Positions 20,431 through 30,314 of a stretch of DNA of 64,000 bases are shown here, one piece after another. Below the pieces are notes generated by a model. The model did not search any database. It was not told the origin of the DNA and was given only the letters and a program-made list of their open reading frames with translations. Every line of letters begins with the position of its first letter. The stretch's first letter is position 1. A program made the translations under genes and the position numbers. The DNA lies in the NCBI GenBank assembly GCA_963662465.1, contig OY759599.1, positions 512,001-576,000 of the forward strand. Reading direction: 5' to 3'. Source of the stretch: Desulfatiglandales bacterium (GTDB lineage Bacteria > Desulfobacterota > DSM-4660 > Desulfatiglandales > Desulfatiglandaceae).

Positions 20431-22581
20431 ATGATTCGGTTAAATGACATTACGTCCCAGGTCCTCAGCTATCATCCCAAAGCGGACATCGAATTGATTG
20501 AAAAGGCCTATGTTTATTCCGCCAAAGTCCACCAGGGCCAGATCCGTCTCTCGGGAGAGCCCTATCTTTCCCATCCCCTGGAAGCCGCTTATATCCTGAC
20601 CCAGTTGAAGATGGATGTCATCTGCATCGCAGCGGGGCTTCTACATGACGTTGTTGAAGATACCCATGCGAGTCTGGAGGAGATCTCGGCGATTTTTGGC
20701 CAAGAGACCGCCAATATCGTGGACGGGGTCACCAAAATCAGTAAAATGAATTTTAAGAGTTCCCAGCAGCGCCAGGCCGAGAATGTTCGGAAAATGATTC
20801 TTGCCATGAGTACGGACATTCGTGTGATTTTGGTCAAACTGGCGGACAGACTCCATAACATGCGAACCCTGGGGTTTCAGCCCGAGGAAAAGCAGCGACG
20901 CATCGCCACCGAAACCCTGGATATCTATGCCCCCCTGGCCGGGAGAATGGGCATCAACTGGATCAAGTCCAGCCTCGAGGATCTGTGTCTCTTTTATCTG
21001 GAGCCGGAGATTTATGCCCGCATCAAGGACCTGACGGCCCGGCGCCAGGGCGAGATGGGGGAATTCATGAGGAGTGTTCAGGTCACCCTGACCGAAGAAC
21101 TGGCCAAGGCCAACATTTCAGCCACCATCAAGGGACGGCAGAAACACTTCTACAGCATCTATCAAAAGATGGTGGACCAGGACCTTGAAGTCAGTCAGGT
21201 TTACGATATCCTGGCGTTCCGGGTGATTGTCAATACCATCAAAGAGTGTTATGCGGCCCTTGGGCACATTCATTCCATCTGGAAGCCCGTGTCTAAACGG
21301 TTCAAGGACTATATTTCCGTTCCTAAAGCCAATATGTACCAGTCCCTGCATACCACGGTTTTCGGTCCGTTGAGGGAAAGGATGGAGGTCCAGATCAGGA
21401 CCTGGGATATGAACCGGGTGGCGGAGAGCGGCATCGCGGCCCACTGGAAGTACAAAGAAGGAAACGTGGCCAGGAAAACCGATGAAAAGCAGTTCGCATG
21501 GCTTAATGAACTGCTGGACTGGCAGAAAAACCTTGAGGATCCCCAGGAGTTTCTGGATACCGTCAAAATGGATCTCTTCCCAGATGAGGTCTATGTGTTT
21601 ACGCCCACCGGGGAGGTGAAAGCCTTTCCCAAAGGGGCGACCATGATCGATTTTGCCTACGGCATCCATTCTGAGGTGGGTGAAAAGTGTACGGGGGCCA
21701 AGGTCGACGGCAGGATGGTTCCCCTTCGGAGCCCCCTAAAAAACGGCAATATTATCGAGGTGATCACGTCCCCGAAGCAGCATCCCAGTAAGGACTGGCT
21801 GAACTTTGTCAAAACGCCCCGGGCAAGGAACAAGATCAGGCACTGGATCAAAACAGAGGAAAAAGACGAAAGCATCACCCTGGGTAAAAGCATCCTGGAA
21901 AAGGCCCTGCAACAGGAAAGATTGACAGTGACCAACCTGCTCAAGAGCGAGCAGATCGCGGCCGTGGCCAAAGATCTTTCGTTTCAATCAGGGGAAGATC
22001 TCATTGCACAGATCGGTTTCGGCAAGATTTCGCCCATGCAGGTGGTGGGGCGCCTCAGGCCGAAACTGGGGGACAAAGAGGAAAGCCGGCAGGGATTGGT
22101 CAGCAAGGTGGTCAGCCGGCTAACCAGACCCAAAGGGGACGCCGGCATACATGTGGACGGCGTGAGCGATATGCTGCTTCATTTTGCCAAGTGCTGTCAA
22201 CCCCTCCCCGGTGAAAAGGTGATCGGGTTTATTACCCAGGGAAGCGGGGTGGCCATTCACAATAAAAACTGCCGGCATATGCAGGAAGCTGATCCCGCCC
22301 GGTTGGTGGCGGTGTCATGGGCGCCTTCCGAGAAAAGCACCTATCCAGCCAAATTACGGGTGAGTACCGTGGAAGGAAAGGGGATCCTGGCCGAGATCAG
22401 CACGATTTTCAGCCAGAAAGACGCCAATATCATCCAGGCCGAAGTGAAGACCACGGTGGACAATAAAGGCATCGCTCTTTTTACCATTGAGGTAGAAGAC
22501 TACGACCAACTGCAGGATATCATCCGTACCATCAAAAAGGTGAAAAACGTGCTGATGGTGGAACGGCTTCAGGAGGCTTGA
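20431..22581 (+). CDS. spoT: Bifunctional (p)ppGpp synthetase/hydrolase (Rel/SpoT)
   Basis: HD domain ([18 protein letters not shown]), synthetase (RFKDY, YQSLHT, EVQIRT), TGS and ACT domains. Confidence 0.95.
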   Translation: MIRLNDITSQVLSYHPKADIELIEKAYVYSAKVHQGQIRLSGEPYLSHPLEAAYILTQLKMDVICIAAGLLHDVVEDTHASLEEISAIFGQETANIVDGVTKISKMNFKSSQQRQAENVRKMILAMSTDIRVILVKLADRLHNMRTLGFQPEEKQRRIATETLDIYAPLAGRMGINWIKSSLEDLCLFYLEPEIYARIKDLTARRQGEMGEFMRSVQVTLTEELAKANISATIKGRQKHFYSIYQKMVDQDLEVSQVYDILAFRVIVNTIKECYAALGHIHSIWKPVSKRFKDYISVPKANMYQSLHTTVFGPLRERMEVQIRTWDMNRVAESGIAAHWKYKEGNVARKTDEKQFAWLNELLDWQKNLEDPQEFLDTVKMDLFPDEVYVFTPTGEVKAFPKGATMIDFAYGIHSEVGEKCTGAKVDGRMVPLRSPLKNGNIIEVITSPKQHPSKDWLNFVKTPRARNKIRHWIKTEEKDESITLGKSILEKALQQERLTVTNLLKSEQIAAVAKDLSFQSGEDLIAQIGFGKISPMQVVGRLRPKLGDKEESRQGLVSKVVSRLTRPKGDAGIHVDGVSDMLLHFAKCCQPLPGEKVIGFITQGSGVAIHNKNCRHMQEADPARLVAVSWAPSEKSTYPAKLRVSTVEGKGILAEISTIFSQKDANIIQAEVKTTVDNKGIALFTIEVEDYDQLQDIIRTIKKVKNVLMVERLQEA

Positions 22582-22781
22582 ACGACTTTTTTGATCGGTT
22601 TTTCAACACGACCGGATTTAATGCAGCCGGTACATACCTTCATCCTGACGGTTTGGCCTTCTTTGATGCACCTGACGCTTTGAAGGTTGGGATACCAGCG
22701 TTTTTTGGTTTTATTATGGGCGTGGCTGACGCTATAACCCACAAGCGGCCTTTTGCCGCAAATATCACATACTTTTGACAT
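22569..22781 (-). CDS. rpmB: 50S ribosomal protein L28
   Basis: [10 protein letters not shown]...[16 protein letters not shown]...[19 protein letters not shown]. Confidence 0.97.
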   Translation of the reverse strand: MSKVCDICGKRPLVGYSVSHAHNKTKKRWYPNLQSVRCIKEGQTVRMKVCTGCIKSGRVEKPIKKVVQAS

Positions 22782-22858
22782 TTGGATGTTTCCTCCCTGC
22801 TGAACATTATTAGAATCAGTCTTTCTAACGGATTCTGATGGCAATATCAAGTGTTTTT

Positions 22859-23554
22859 CTATGGTAGTTCATTTTTTTTCCCATCTATTGCAAGGGATTC
22901 AAGCCCTGCCCGATCCAGGAACCGGATAGCGCGGTCCCTGGTTTCAATGAGGCCCTGCTTGTGCATCCGGGTCAGGATGCGGGAAAGGGTTTCAGGGATG
23001 GTTCCCAGAAGGCTCGCCAGTTGCCCCTTTGAAATGTCAAGGGTGACGAAATCCTCTCGTTCCTGTTCCGTCGCCAGATAAAGCAGGTAGGCGGCCAGGC
23101 GGGCGGGAACTTCCTTTAGGGAAAGATTTTCGATCTGATAGGTGAATTGCCGAAGCCGCATGGCAAGGACCGCGAGCATGTTCAAGGCCAGGGATGGATG
23201 GGCCGAAATCAGAGCCAGGAATGCGGGTCTGGGGAAAAAGAGGACCCTTGACGTTTTGATGGCCTGAGCATTGGCGGGAAATTCTCGGCCTGAAAATACC
23301 GGCACTTCTCCGAAAGGTTCTAACGGACCGAAGATATGCAGAATCTGTTCTTTTCCCGATGGTGAGACTTTGAAGATTTTCACCAGACCGTCCGCTACCA
23401 GGTAAAAACCGTTTCCTTCATCCTGTTCCAGAAAGATGGTTTCGTCCTTGGCAAAATTTTTAGAAATGGCGATGGATTCAATCTGCTTGAGCTGTTGCTC
23501 CGGAAGCCCGTCAAAGATGACGGTTTTGGAAATGGTTTCTAAATGATTCGCCAT
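22859..23554 (-). CDS. Crp/Fnr family transcriptional regulator (HcpR-like)
   Basis: cNMP-binding fold (FGE) and [19 protein letters not shown]. Confidence 0.92.
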   Translation of the reverse strand: MANHLETISKTVIFDGLPEQQLKQIESIAISKNFAKDETIFLEQDEGNGFYLVADGLVKIFKVSPSGKEQILHIFGPLEPFGEVPVFSGREFPANAQAIKTSRVLFFPRPAFLALISAHPSLALNMLAVLAMRLRQFTYQIENLSLKEVPARLAAYLLYLATEQEREDFVTLDISKGQLASLLGTIPETLSRILTRMHKQGLIETRDRAIRFLDRAGLESLAIDGKKNELP

Positions 23555-23579
23555 TCAGGACGGCTCCCAGCTGGAAGAT

Positions 23580-23649
23580 TCTAAAGCGGCAAGCCGCAGT
23601 TTTAAGTTTTTGGTGTTTGTTAAAATCCGCAATCCGCAATCCGCAATCC
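23580..23649. repeat. Dispersed hairpin+heptamer element followed by (AATCCGC)3
   Basis: TCTAAAGCGGCAAGCCGCAGTTTTAAGTTTT (30/31 identical to 43375-43405), then AATCCGC x3.7 at 23624-23649. Confidence 0.8.
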
Positions 23650-23663
23650 TATAGCATGTTCTC

Positions 23664-23677
23664 TTGACTCGGGTCAA
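23664..23677. promoter_or_regulatory. Fnr/HcpR-type palindrome TTGAC-N4-GTCAA
   Basis: TTGACtcggGTCAA in the divergent intergenic region next to the Crp/Fnr gene. Confidence 0.6.
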
Positions 23678-23832
23678 ATAATTTCGAGGATGCCCTTTTT
23701 TCATTGAAAAGCAAAGATTTGCCTGATATGAAGTAGCCGTTTAGAAAAAATAGGGTGAATCTGATGTCTCAGTTCCTTTCCCGCATTCATAAGGTAGCGT
23801 GGACCATGAAACACTGTAGGAGGTTATGGGCA

Positions 23833-24216
23833 ATGAAAGAGTTGGAAACATTTGTGAAAACGGTTGGCGAAGGGCTGAGAACCTTGGCCCAGGGCGTCCA
23901 TGCCATTGCGGACAAGCTGGAAAGTTATGTGGATGTGCCGGGTGATGACCGCTCGGAATCTGAGTTCGAACCGGCGGTGAATCACAACATCCATGCCAAG
24001 GCGACCCCGGCGGATGCACCATCGCGGGAAAAGCCGGTAATCAATGCGACGGCCCTGGTTTATGAAAAGATCAGCAGTGCTGAAGGTTCAGTTTCGATGG
24101 ATGACCTACATCAGGAAACCGGTTTTGATCGGAAGAAATTGAGCAACATTCTACATCGGCTGAGACTGCAGGGTAAAATCAAGAATGTCGGCAAGGGTGT
24201 GTACGTGAAGAAATGA
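23833..24216 (+). CDS. Hypothetical protein with C-terminal winged-helix-like segment
   Basis: AGGAGG RBS; N-terminal helix, low-complexity linker, then LHQETGFDRKKLSNILHRLRLQGKIKNVGKGVY. Confidence 0.7.
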   Translation: MKELETFVKTVGEGLRTLAQGVHAIADKLESYVDVPGDDRSESEFEPAVNHNIHAKATPADAPSREKPVINATALVYEKISSAEGSVSMDDLHQETGFDRKKLSNILHRLRLQGKIKNVGKGVYVKK

Positions 24217-24228
24217 AAAGAGTGTTTT

Positions 24229-25374
24229 ATGGACAGTTTTTTATCGGAAAAACATCGTATCGTGCGACGTTCCGTTCGTTCCTTTTGTGAACGGGAGATC
24301 AAGCCCATTGCCGGAGAGATCGATCGTGAGGCCCGTTTTCCCTGGGAAGTGGTGGAAAAAATGGGGAAGCTTGGGTATTTCGGCATCCAGGCCCCGAGAG
24401 AGTTGGGCGGCGCCGATCTCGATTCCGTCAGCTATGCCATTATCGTGGAGGAGATCAGCAGGGCCAGCGGCAGCCTCGGGCTCTGTGTAACGGTCCATAA
24501 CAGCGTGGCCCTCTACCCGATTATAGCCTTTGGTTCACGGGAGCAAAAGGAACAATGGGCACGGCCTTTGGCGCGGGGAGAGAAAATCGGGTCTTTTTGC
24601 CTGACCGAGCCCAACGCCGGGTCGGACGCGGCAGGCATTGAGTCCACGGCTGTGTGGGACAATGATGCCTACGTGGTGAACGCCAACAAGGTTTTCGTGA
24701 CCAACGGCGGGGTTGCGGACATCTGTCTGTTGTTTGTGCGGACCAACCCCGCATCTCATCCCAAGGAGGTCAGCGTCGTGGTGGCCGAGCGGGGAACCCC
24801 CGGATTCGTGGTGGGGGACCTTGAAGATCTATGCGGCATGCGGGCAAACCCGGTGAACTCCATACGGCTCTATGACTGCCGCCTGCCGCTGGGAAATTTA
24901 CTGGGTCAAGAAGGCATGGGGCTTAAGATCGGTCTGGCCGCCCTGGATACGGGACGGATGGGCATTGCGGCGCAATCCGTGGGCATTGCCCAGGCAGCGC
25001 TGGAAGAGGGGCTGTTGTATGCTAAACAGCGCCGTCAATTCAAGGTTCCCATTTGCAATCACCAGGCCATCCAAATGATGATTGCGGACATGGGAACCCT
25101 TGTGGAAGCATCGCGGCTCATGACCTATCGCGCCGCCGCCGTTCGCGACGGGGGAAAAGGATTTTCCCAGGAATCGGCTATGGCAAAGCTCTTCGCGTCG
25201 GAGGCCTGCTGCAAGGTGACGGATCTGGCGGTACAGATCCATGGGGGTTATGGGTATTCCAAATCCTACCCCGTGGAGCGCTACTACCGGGATGCCCGGG
25301 TAACAAGAATATACGAGGGGACCTCAGAGGTACACCGGATGGTGATTGCGAGAGGAATGATGGGGAAGAAGTGA
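24229..25374 (+). CDS. Acyl-CoA dehydrogenase (butyryl-CoA DH-like)
   Basis: FCLTEPNAGSD, KVFVTNG and YRDARVTRIYEGTSE motifs. Confidence 0.95.
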   Translation: MDSFLSEKHRIVRRSVRSFCEREIKPIAGEIDREARFPWEVVEKMGKLGYFGIQAPRELGGADLDSVSYAIIVEEISRASGSLGLCVTVHNSVALYPIIAFGSREQKEQWARPLARGEKIGSFCLTEPNAGSDAAGIESTAVWDNDAYVVNANKVFVTNGGVADICLLFVRTNPASHPKEVSVVVAERGTPGFVVGDLEDLCGMRANPVNSIRLYDCRLPLGNLLGQEGMGLKIGLAALDTGRMGIAAQSVGIAQAALEEGLLYAKQRRQFKVPICNHQAIQMMIADMGTLVEASRLMTYRAAAVRDGGKGFSQESAMAKLFASEACCKVTDLAVQIHGGYGYSKSYPVERYYRDARVTRIYEGTSEVHRMVIARGMMGKK

Positions 25375-26153
25375 TGGCTTTTCATATTGTGGCATGCATC
25401 AAATCGATTACGTTGGCGGCGCCCAGGGAACAGATGATTCGGACCGAAGACACCGCTGAACTCAATCCCTACGATCGCCCGGTTTTGGAGGCGGCCCTTC
25501 GCCTCAGGGAGCTTCACGGCGGCAGTGTGACGGCCCTTTCGATGGGTCCACCTTCGAGTCTTTCAGCCCTTTCCGAGGCCAGGGCCTTTGGGGTGGATCG
25601 GGAGATCCTTATCTGCGATCCGGCCCTTGGCGGTTCAGATACCCTGGCCACGTCCACGGCACTTGGGGCGGGCCTTCAAAAACTGGCGCCTTTCGATTTG
25701 GTACTCTTCGGCGTTCGGACCGCCGACAGCGATACCGGGCAGGTGGGCCCCCAGACGTCGGTGCTTCTGGGTCTCCCCTTTATCGGCATGGTACACCACA
25801 TGGAATGGGAGAAAGGCGTTTTCAGGGTGGAACGGGTTGCGGATCATTTTGTGGAAAAATATGAAGTTAGAGCTCCCGCGGCCTTCACCATTCATCCCGG
25901 CGCTTTTGCGCCCAGGGATATCGGGCTTTCAGGGATTGGTCAGGCATTTGAATCCCAGCGGATTGAACGATGGAATCTGGCGGATCTGGGGCTCGGACCG
26001 GACCAGGTGGGCGATGCCGGTTCCCCCACCCGGGTCATTTCCATGAAACGGGTGAAAAAGACAAAAAAATGCGAATTCCTTACCGGAGACGCCAGAGAGC
26101 AGGCCCATGAACTCATGAAACGGCTGTCGGTTTCCGGCGCTATCGGGGCTTGA
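25374..26153 (+). CDS. etfB: Electron transfer flavoprotein beta subunit
   Basis: TGATG coupling; LNPYD, GSDTLATS and DSDTGQVGP motifs. Confidence 0.93.
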   Translation: MAFHIVACIKSITLAAPREQMIRTEDTAELNPYDRPVLEAALRLRELHGGSVTALSMGPPSSLSALSEARAFGVDREILICDPALGGSDTLATSTALGAGLQKLAPFDLVLFGVRTADSDTGQVGPQTSVLLGLPFIGMVHHMEWEKGVFRVERVADHFVEKYEVRAPAAFTIHPGAFAPRDIGLSGIGQAFESQRIERWNLADLGLGPDQVGDAGSPTRVISMKRVKKTKKCEFLTGDAREQAHELMKRLSVSGAIGA

Positions 26154-27769
26154 TGATGGATGGAGAAATGACCAGAGAGATCTGGGTATTCGGTGATTTG
26201 CGGAACCGAAGGCTTTTTGGGTTCAGCCTGAATGTGTTGGCCAAGGCACGGGCCTTATGCCGGTCCGATGGAAAAGCGGTGATGGTTTTTTTGAGCGGCC
26301 ATGATGCGGAGGCGGATGGCGCTGTTTCCCTGGAGAGCGCTTTTGAGGAAGCCTTTTCCCGGGGCGCGGACCGGGTTTGCGTTCTTGAAAATGAACGGTT
26401 TTCGGTCCCGGCATGCCATTTGTTCGCCCAGGCCCTGGCGGATACGGTGCAAAAGCGCTCGCCCATGCTCGTGCTGTTTGCGCTCACCGATTTCGGCCGG
26501 GAGATGGCGTCCCGGGCCGCTCGAATATGCAATGCCGGATTGATGGCGGATTGCGTGGACCTTCGAATTTCGGGAGATCAGATTGTCGGCTTATGTCCCG
26601 CCTGGGGGGGCGAAATCATGGCTGAGATTACCTATGTAGAGGGTCATGGCACGGGATTTGCCACGGTGCATTGTCAAATCCAAACGGATGATAACTTGTC
26701 GGACGAAGGGCTGGCCATGGGTGAAGCCGTTGAACGGATCCCCGTTAAAATGGATACAGACGCTGGGGGACCCAGATTGTTGTCCTGTGCTCCCGAACCC
26801 GCGGAACACCGCAAACTTGAGGCGGCTGAGATCGTGGTGGTGGGCGGCGCCGGCCTTGGCAATATGGCGGGGTTTGCCCTTGTTCGTGAACTGGCGGCGG
26901 CCGTGGGGGGCGAGGTGGCGGCCACCCGGCCGCCCGTGTTGCATCACTGGATCGACGAGGATCGGCTGATCGGGCAGACCGGCAAGACTGTTCGCCCCAA
27001 TGTGCTTTTTTCCATCGGGACGTCGGGCGCCATTCAATACACGGCGGGCATTATGGAAGCCGGAACCATTGTGGCCGTCAATCGTGATCCCAACGCGACC
27101 ATTTTTCAGGTGGCGGATCTGGGCATCGTCGCCGATGCAAAGACTTTTCTGCCCCTGCTGACGGCGCAAGCCAAGCAGGTGGTCATGCGAAAACTGGCCG
27201 ATGCGTTGTCCGATGCCAAAAACGTTGAGGGGGAAGCGGAAGGGTTCGGCGCAAAAATTCGAAAGATTCGAGAATCTCAAAACTGGACCCTGGAATCCCT
27301 GGCCACGGCCACCGGGCAGACGCCGGAATTCATGGCCTCGGTGGAATCGGACACGGTATCGCCTCCGGTCAGTTTCCTACTCCGCCTTGCCGGGGCACTT
27401 GGCGTTGATCCGGGAACATTTCTCCGCAAGGAAGAGCAGGCCGCCATTCGGGACCAGCGTGCCCAGGCGTTTATCAAGCGAACGAGAAGCTATTCCTACG
27501 AGACCCTGACGCCGGGCGCGGAAGCGAGCCACCTTCGCGCCTTTATGGTGACCATCGAGTCCCATCATGCCCATAAACCGGTGGAATACCGGCACGAAGG
27601 GGAAGAATTCATCTATGTGATGGAAGGGGACCTGGAATTTGTTCTGGGGGGAAAGCCCCATGTCCTCAAAAAGGGGGAGAGTATTCACTTTAATTCCGAT
27701 ATTCCTCATAAACTGAAGAGCCTTTCCAATGAACCCACCCGCTGCCTGGTGATGTTGTATACGGTTTGA
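26153..27769 (+). CDS. etfA: Electron transfer flavoprotein alpha subunit fused to XRE-HTH and cupin domains
   Basis: EtfA motifs (VVGGAG, IGQTGKTVRP, GTSGAIQY, AVNRDPNA) continue in frame into HTH (IRKIRESQNWTLESLA) and cupin (HEGEEFIYVMEG, FNSDIPH) domains. Confidence 0.88.
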   Translation: MMDGEMTREIWVFGDLRNRRLFGFSLNVLAKARALCRSDGKAVMVFLSGHDAEADGAVSLESAFEEAFSRGADRVCVLENERFSVPACHLFAQALADTVQKRSPMLVLFALTDFGREMASRAARICNAGLMADCVDLRISGDQIVGLCPAWGGEIMAEITYVEGHGTGFATVHCQIQTDDNLSDEGLAMGEAVERIPVKMDTDAGGPRLLSCAPEPAEHRKLEAAEIVVVGGAGLGNMAGFALVRELAAAVGGEVAATRPPVLHHWIDEDRLIGQTGKTVRPNVLFSIGTSGAIQYTAGIMEAGTIVAVNRDPNATIFQVADLGIVADAKTFLPLLTAQAKQVVMRKLADALSDAKNVEGEAEGFGAKIRKIRESQNWTLESLATATGQTPEFMASVESDTVSPPVSFLLRLAGALGVDPGTFLRKEEQAAIRDQRAQAFIKRTRSYSYETLTPGAEASHLRAFMVTIESHHAHKPVEYRHEGEEFIYVMEGDLEFVLGGKPHVLKKGESIHFNSDIPHKLKSLSNEPTRCLVMLYTV

Positions 27770-27890
27770 AACTGTATTGCATTACAATAATTCAAGGTAT
27801 AAATAGTAACGCATTACTGTAAATTTAAAGCGTAGGAATTTCCATTTTTTGATCCGGCATATCAAATAGTTGTTGCAGTGATGGTGTTAA

Positions 27891-28310
27891 ATGTGTCAAA
27901 AAAAACACATTATGTATATGCCATCAAGCCAAAAAATTGATAAGGAAATTTTCCGGACGATTTTTATTGATCATTGGAAATCATTCAAAAATCGTCATCC
28001 TGGATATGATATTTCGCAATATGAAGATCCGGTTCAGATATCCATCGAAAAATCTTTGAAAGGTTTGTACTCAAAAGAACTGGCTGAAGTCCCACCCAAA
28101 ACCCATAATCTTCTCTATCTTCTGAAAAAAATCGAGAAGAAACCCGATCAAGATCTGCTGAAATTTATCACCAAACTGAACACTGCCAGCGTCGCCACGC
28201 GCTACCCTGATGATTTGGCAAAGATACAAGCCGCGTACACTGAAGAAATCACAAAAGAAATGATTGAAAAGAGCAAGGATGTATTGAAATGGGTCAAGAG
28301 ACAGTTCTAA
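27891..28310 (+). pseudogene. Chimeric ORF: IS91-like transposase N-terminal fragment joined to a HEPN C-terminal part
   Basis: KEIFRTIFIDHWKSFK...YEDPVQ switches abruptly to HEPN motifs SIEKSLK, PPKTHNL and TRYP; the normal HEPN N-terminal helix is missing. Confidence 0.55.
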
Positions 28311-28600
28311 CCACCGTCAAAAAATTCAAGAATGCGCTGGAGTCCATCGATATCCGAGTTGACCAGCTCATCCTGTTTGGTTCCCAAGCGGAAGGCACTG
28401 CCCGCGAAGATTCAGATATTGACCTGGTTGTCATTTCCACAAGCTTCACAAACAAAAGCTACTGGGAGCGCATAAACATCTTGAGCGATGCCATCTATCA
28501 AGTTTTTGCGCCTATCGAAGCATCTGCATTTACTCCAGATGAATGGAACTCTAAGAAATCCCTGATTACTGATTACGCTAAGAACGGCGTCTTGGTTTGA
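28289..28600 (+). CDS. Minimal nucleotidyltransferase (MNT antitoxin)
   Basis: LFGSQAEG...DSDIDL motif; overlaps the HEPN ORF. Confidence 0.88.
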   Translation: MGQETVLTTVKKFKNALESIDIRVDQLILFGSQAEGTAREDSDIDLVVISTSFTNKSYWERINILSDAIYQVFAPIEASAFTPDEWNSKKSLITDYAKNGVLV

Positions 28601-28607
28601 CATATAT

Positions 28608-28736
28608 TTTAGCGGCGAACCGAATGATGAACCGGCGGAAAAACTGCTTGAGCGGATAATGGGAGAAAAGGCCAGTATGGAATCGAATGTGAAGAAGACG
28701 GTAAAAAAAAGGGTCAGCAGGAGTAAGAAACAATGA
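28608..28736 (+). pseudogene. C-terminal remnant of a type I RM specificity subunit (HsdS-like)
   Basis: Reads FSGEPNDEPAEKLLERIMGEK...*; its stop overlaps the yhcG start (ATGA). Confidence 0.6.
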
Positions 28737-29835
28737 AAAAAGAAACTCAAATGAATGGCATAATAAATCATTCTTCTCAAAATAACATCGATGCATTGTA
28801 TGGCATTGCAAGGGAAATTATCGAGAAAGCAAGAAAGAATGTCCACCGGGCAATCAATATGGCAATGGTTGAAGCCTACTGGCATATCGGAAGGATGATT
28901 GTCGAAGAAGAACAGAACGGCAAGGAACGGGCGGATTACGGTAAATTCCTCATTCAGAACCTATCCGATAAACTGACAAAAGAATTTGGCAAAGGCTTTT
29001 CATCACAAAATCTTTGGAACATGCGGCTTTTTTTTCAAAAATTCTCCGCATTGCGGAGAGAATTAAAAATTGATGACAGCTCGGATATCCTCTCCGCACT
29101 GCGGAGAGAATTGTCCTGGACCCACTATAAAACCCTGCTCCGGGTTGAAAAACCGATGGCGTGCGTGTGGTATATGCATGAGGCTGCTGATCAAAACTGG
29201 TCGACCAGAGCATTGGAAAGACAAATAAACTCACTATATTATGAACGATTGCTCCTGAGTCGTGATAAAAAATCAGTGATGGAAGAAGCACAGGGGAAAA
29301 CAGAACTTTTAAAACCAGTACCGCGTGATTATTTGAAAGACCCGTATGTGCTTGAATTTTTAAATTTAAAAGACAGAAGCAATTATCGGGAATCTGAACT
29401 GGAACTGGCCATCATCAACAATATTCAGTCTTTTTTGCTGGAACTGGGCAAAGGCTTTGCTTTTGTCGCCCGCCAGAAACGCATCTCCACCGAAACCAAA
29501 GAGTTTTATATTGACCTGGTTTTTTACAACTACATTTTGAAGTGTTTTATTCTCATTGACCTGAAAACCGGTGAGCTGACCCATCAGGATGTGGGGCAGA
29601 TGGATATGTATGTCAGGATGTTCGATGATCTGGAGATCGGCCGGGATGATAACCGTCCGTGGGGCTGATTCTCTGTGCTGAAAAAGACCGGACTATCGTG
29701 AAATATTCTGTTTTGAATGAAAACAAACAGCTTTTTGCGTCTAAATATATGATGTATCTGCCAACGGAAGCGGAACTTGTGAAAGAATTGGAAAGGGAGA
29801 AGCACTTTATTGAAATGGCGTTGGAAGAAGGATAA
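28733..29835 (+). pseudogene. YhcG/DUF1016 PD-(D/E)XK nuclease with frameshift near 29654
   Basis: YWHIGRMI, LSWTHY, KDPYVLEFL, ELGKGFAFVARQ and GQMDMY. The expected tail VGLILCAEKD..VKYS...FASKY..YLPTE..L continues in another frame to TAA at 29833-29835. Confidence 0.8.
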
Positions 29836-29866
29836 ATTATAATAAGAATCTTTTGAAAACTATTGC

Positions 29867-29970
29867 ATGAAAAAAGTAAAAGGCCTGCCAAAAAATGAAC
29901 GCTCTCGGGAAAAATTATTGGAAGGGGGGGGGGAATTCCTGTCAGACCAAGAATTGCTTGCGAAAATTTC
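29867..29970 (+). pseudogene. RadC N-terminal stub
   Basis: MKKVKGLPKNERSREKLLEG, then a G-run frame break, then LSDQELLA, resembling RadC ERPREKL..G...LSD.ELLA. Confidence 0.6.
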
Positions 29971-30043
29971 CAACCAGAAAATACACAGGATAAACCGGTG
30001 ATTTTCATGTTCGCCCGCAAATGTACACGGTGTGAGAAAGACC

Positions 30044-30072
30044 TTGACTTTCTCCCGCTGATCCATTAAAAA
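30044..30072 (+). promoter_or_regulatory. Putative sigma70 promoter of the TonB/ABC operon
   Basis: TTGACT-17 nt-TAAAAA. Confidence 0.5.
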
Positions 30073-30210
30073 CGCGGGGATTCGCTGGGGCAACCGGAGT
30101 TGCCGGGATCTCATATCCTGAAGGATTTTGATTCGGAGATCCGCTCGGATTTTGCTGGTCTCATATTGCTGAATTTCAGCCGTTATGGTTGGGGTTCATG
30201 CTGTTTTAGG

Positions 30211-30266
30211 AAAAAGCCACGAAGGCTTACTTTTGAGGAAAAGTATGTCTTCGTGGCTTTTTTTTT
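30211..30266 (+). terminator. Leader terminator/attenuator upstream of the TonB receptor
   Basis: GCCACGAAGGC...GTCTTCGTGGC stem with inner TACTTTT/AAAAGTA pairing, followed by T9; ~50 nt before the start codon. Confidence 0.8.
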
Positions 30267-30314
30267 ATGGAATGGAAAGAAAACAACTGATCTTAAGGAG
30301 GAAGGAGATTCATA

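Noticed and set aside
25053..25373. Long N-terminal extension of EtfB in the ORF track
   Set aside because: Overlaps the dehydrogenase in another frame; the real start is the coupled ATG at 25374.
30073..30210. Canonical cobalamin riboswitch upstream of the TonB receptor
   Set aside because: The conserved cobalamin core motifs were not recognisable; kept only as an unknown structured leader.
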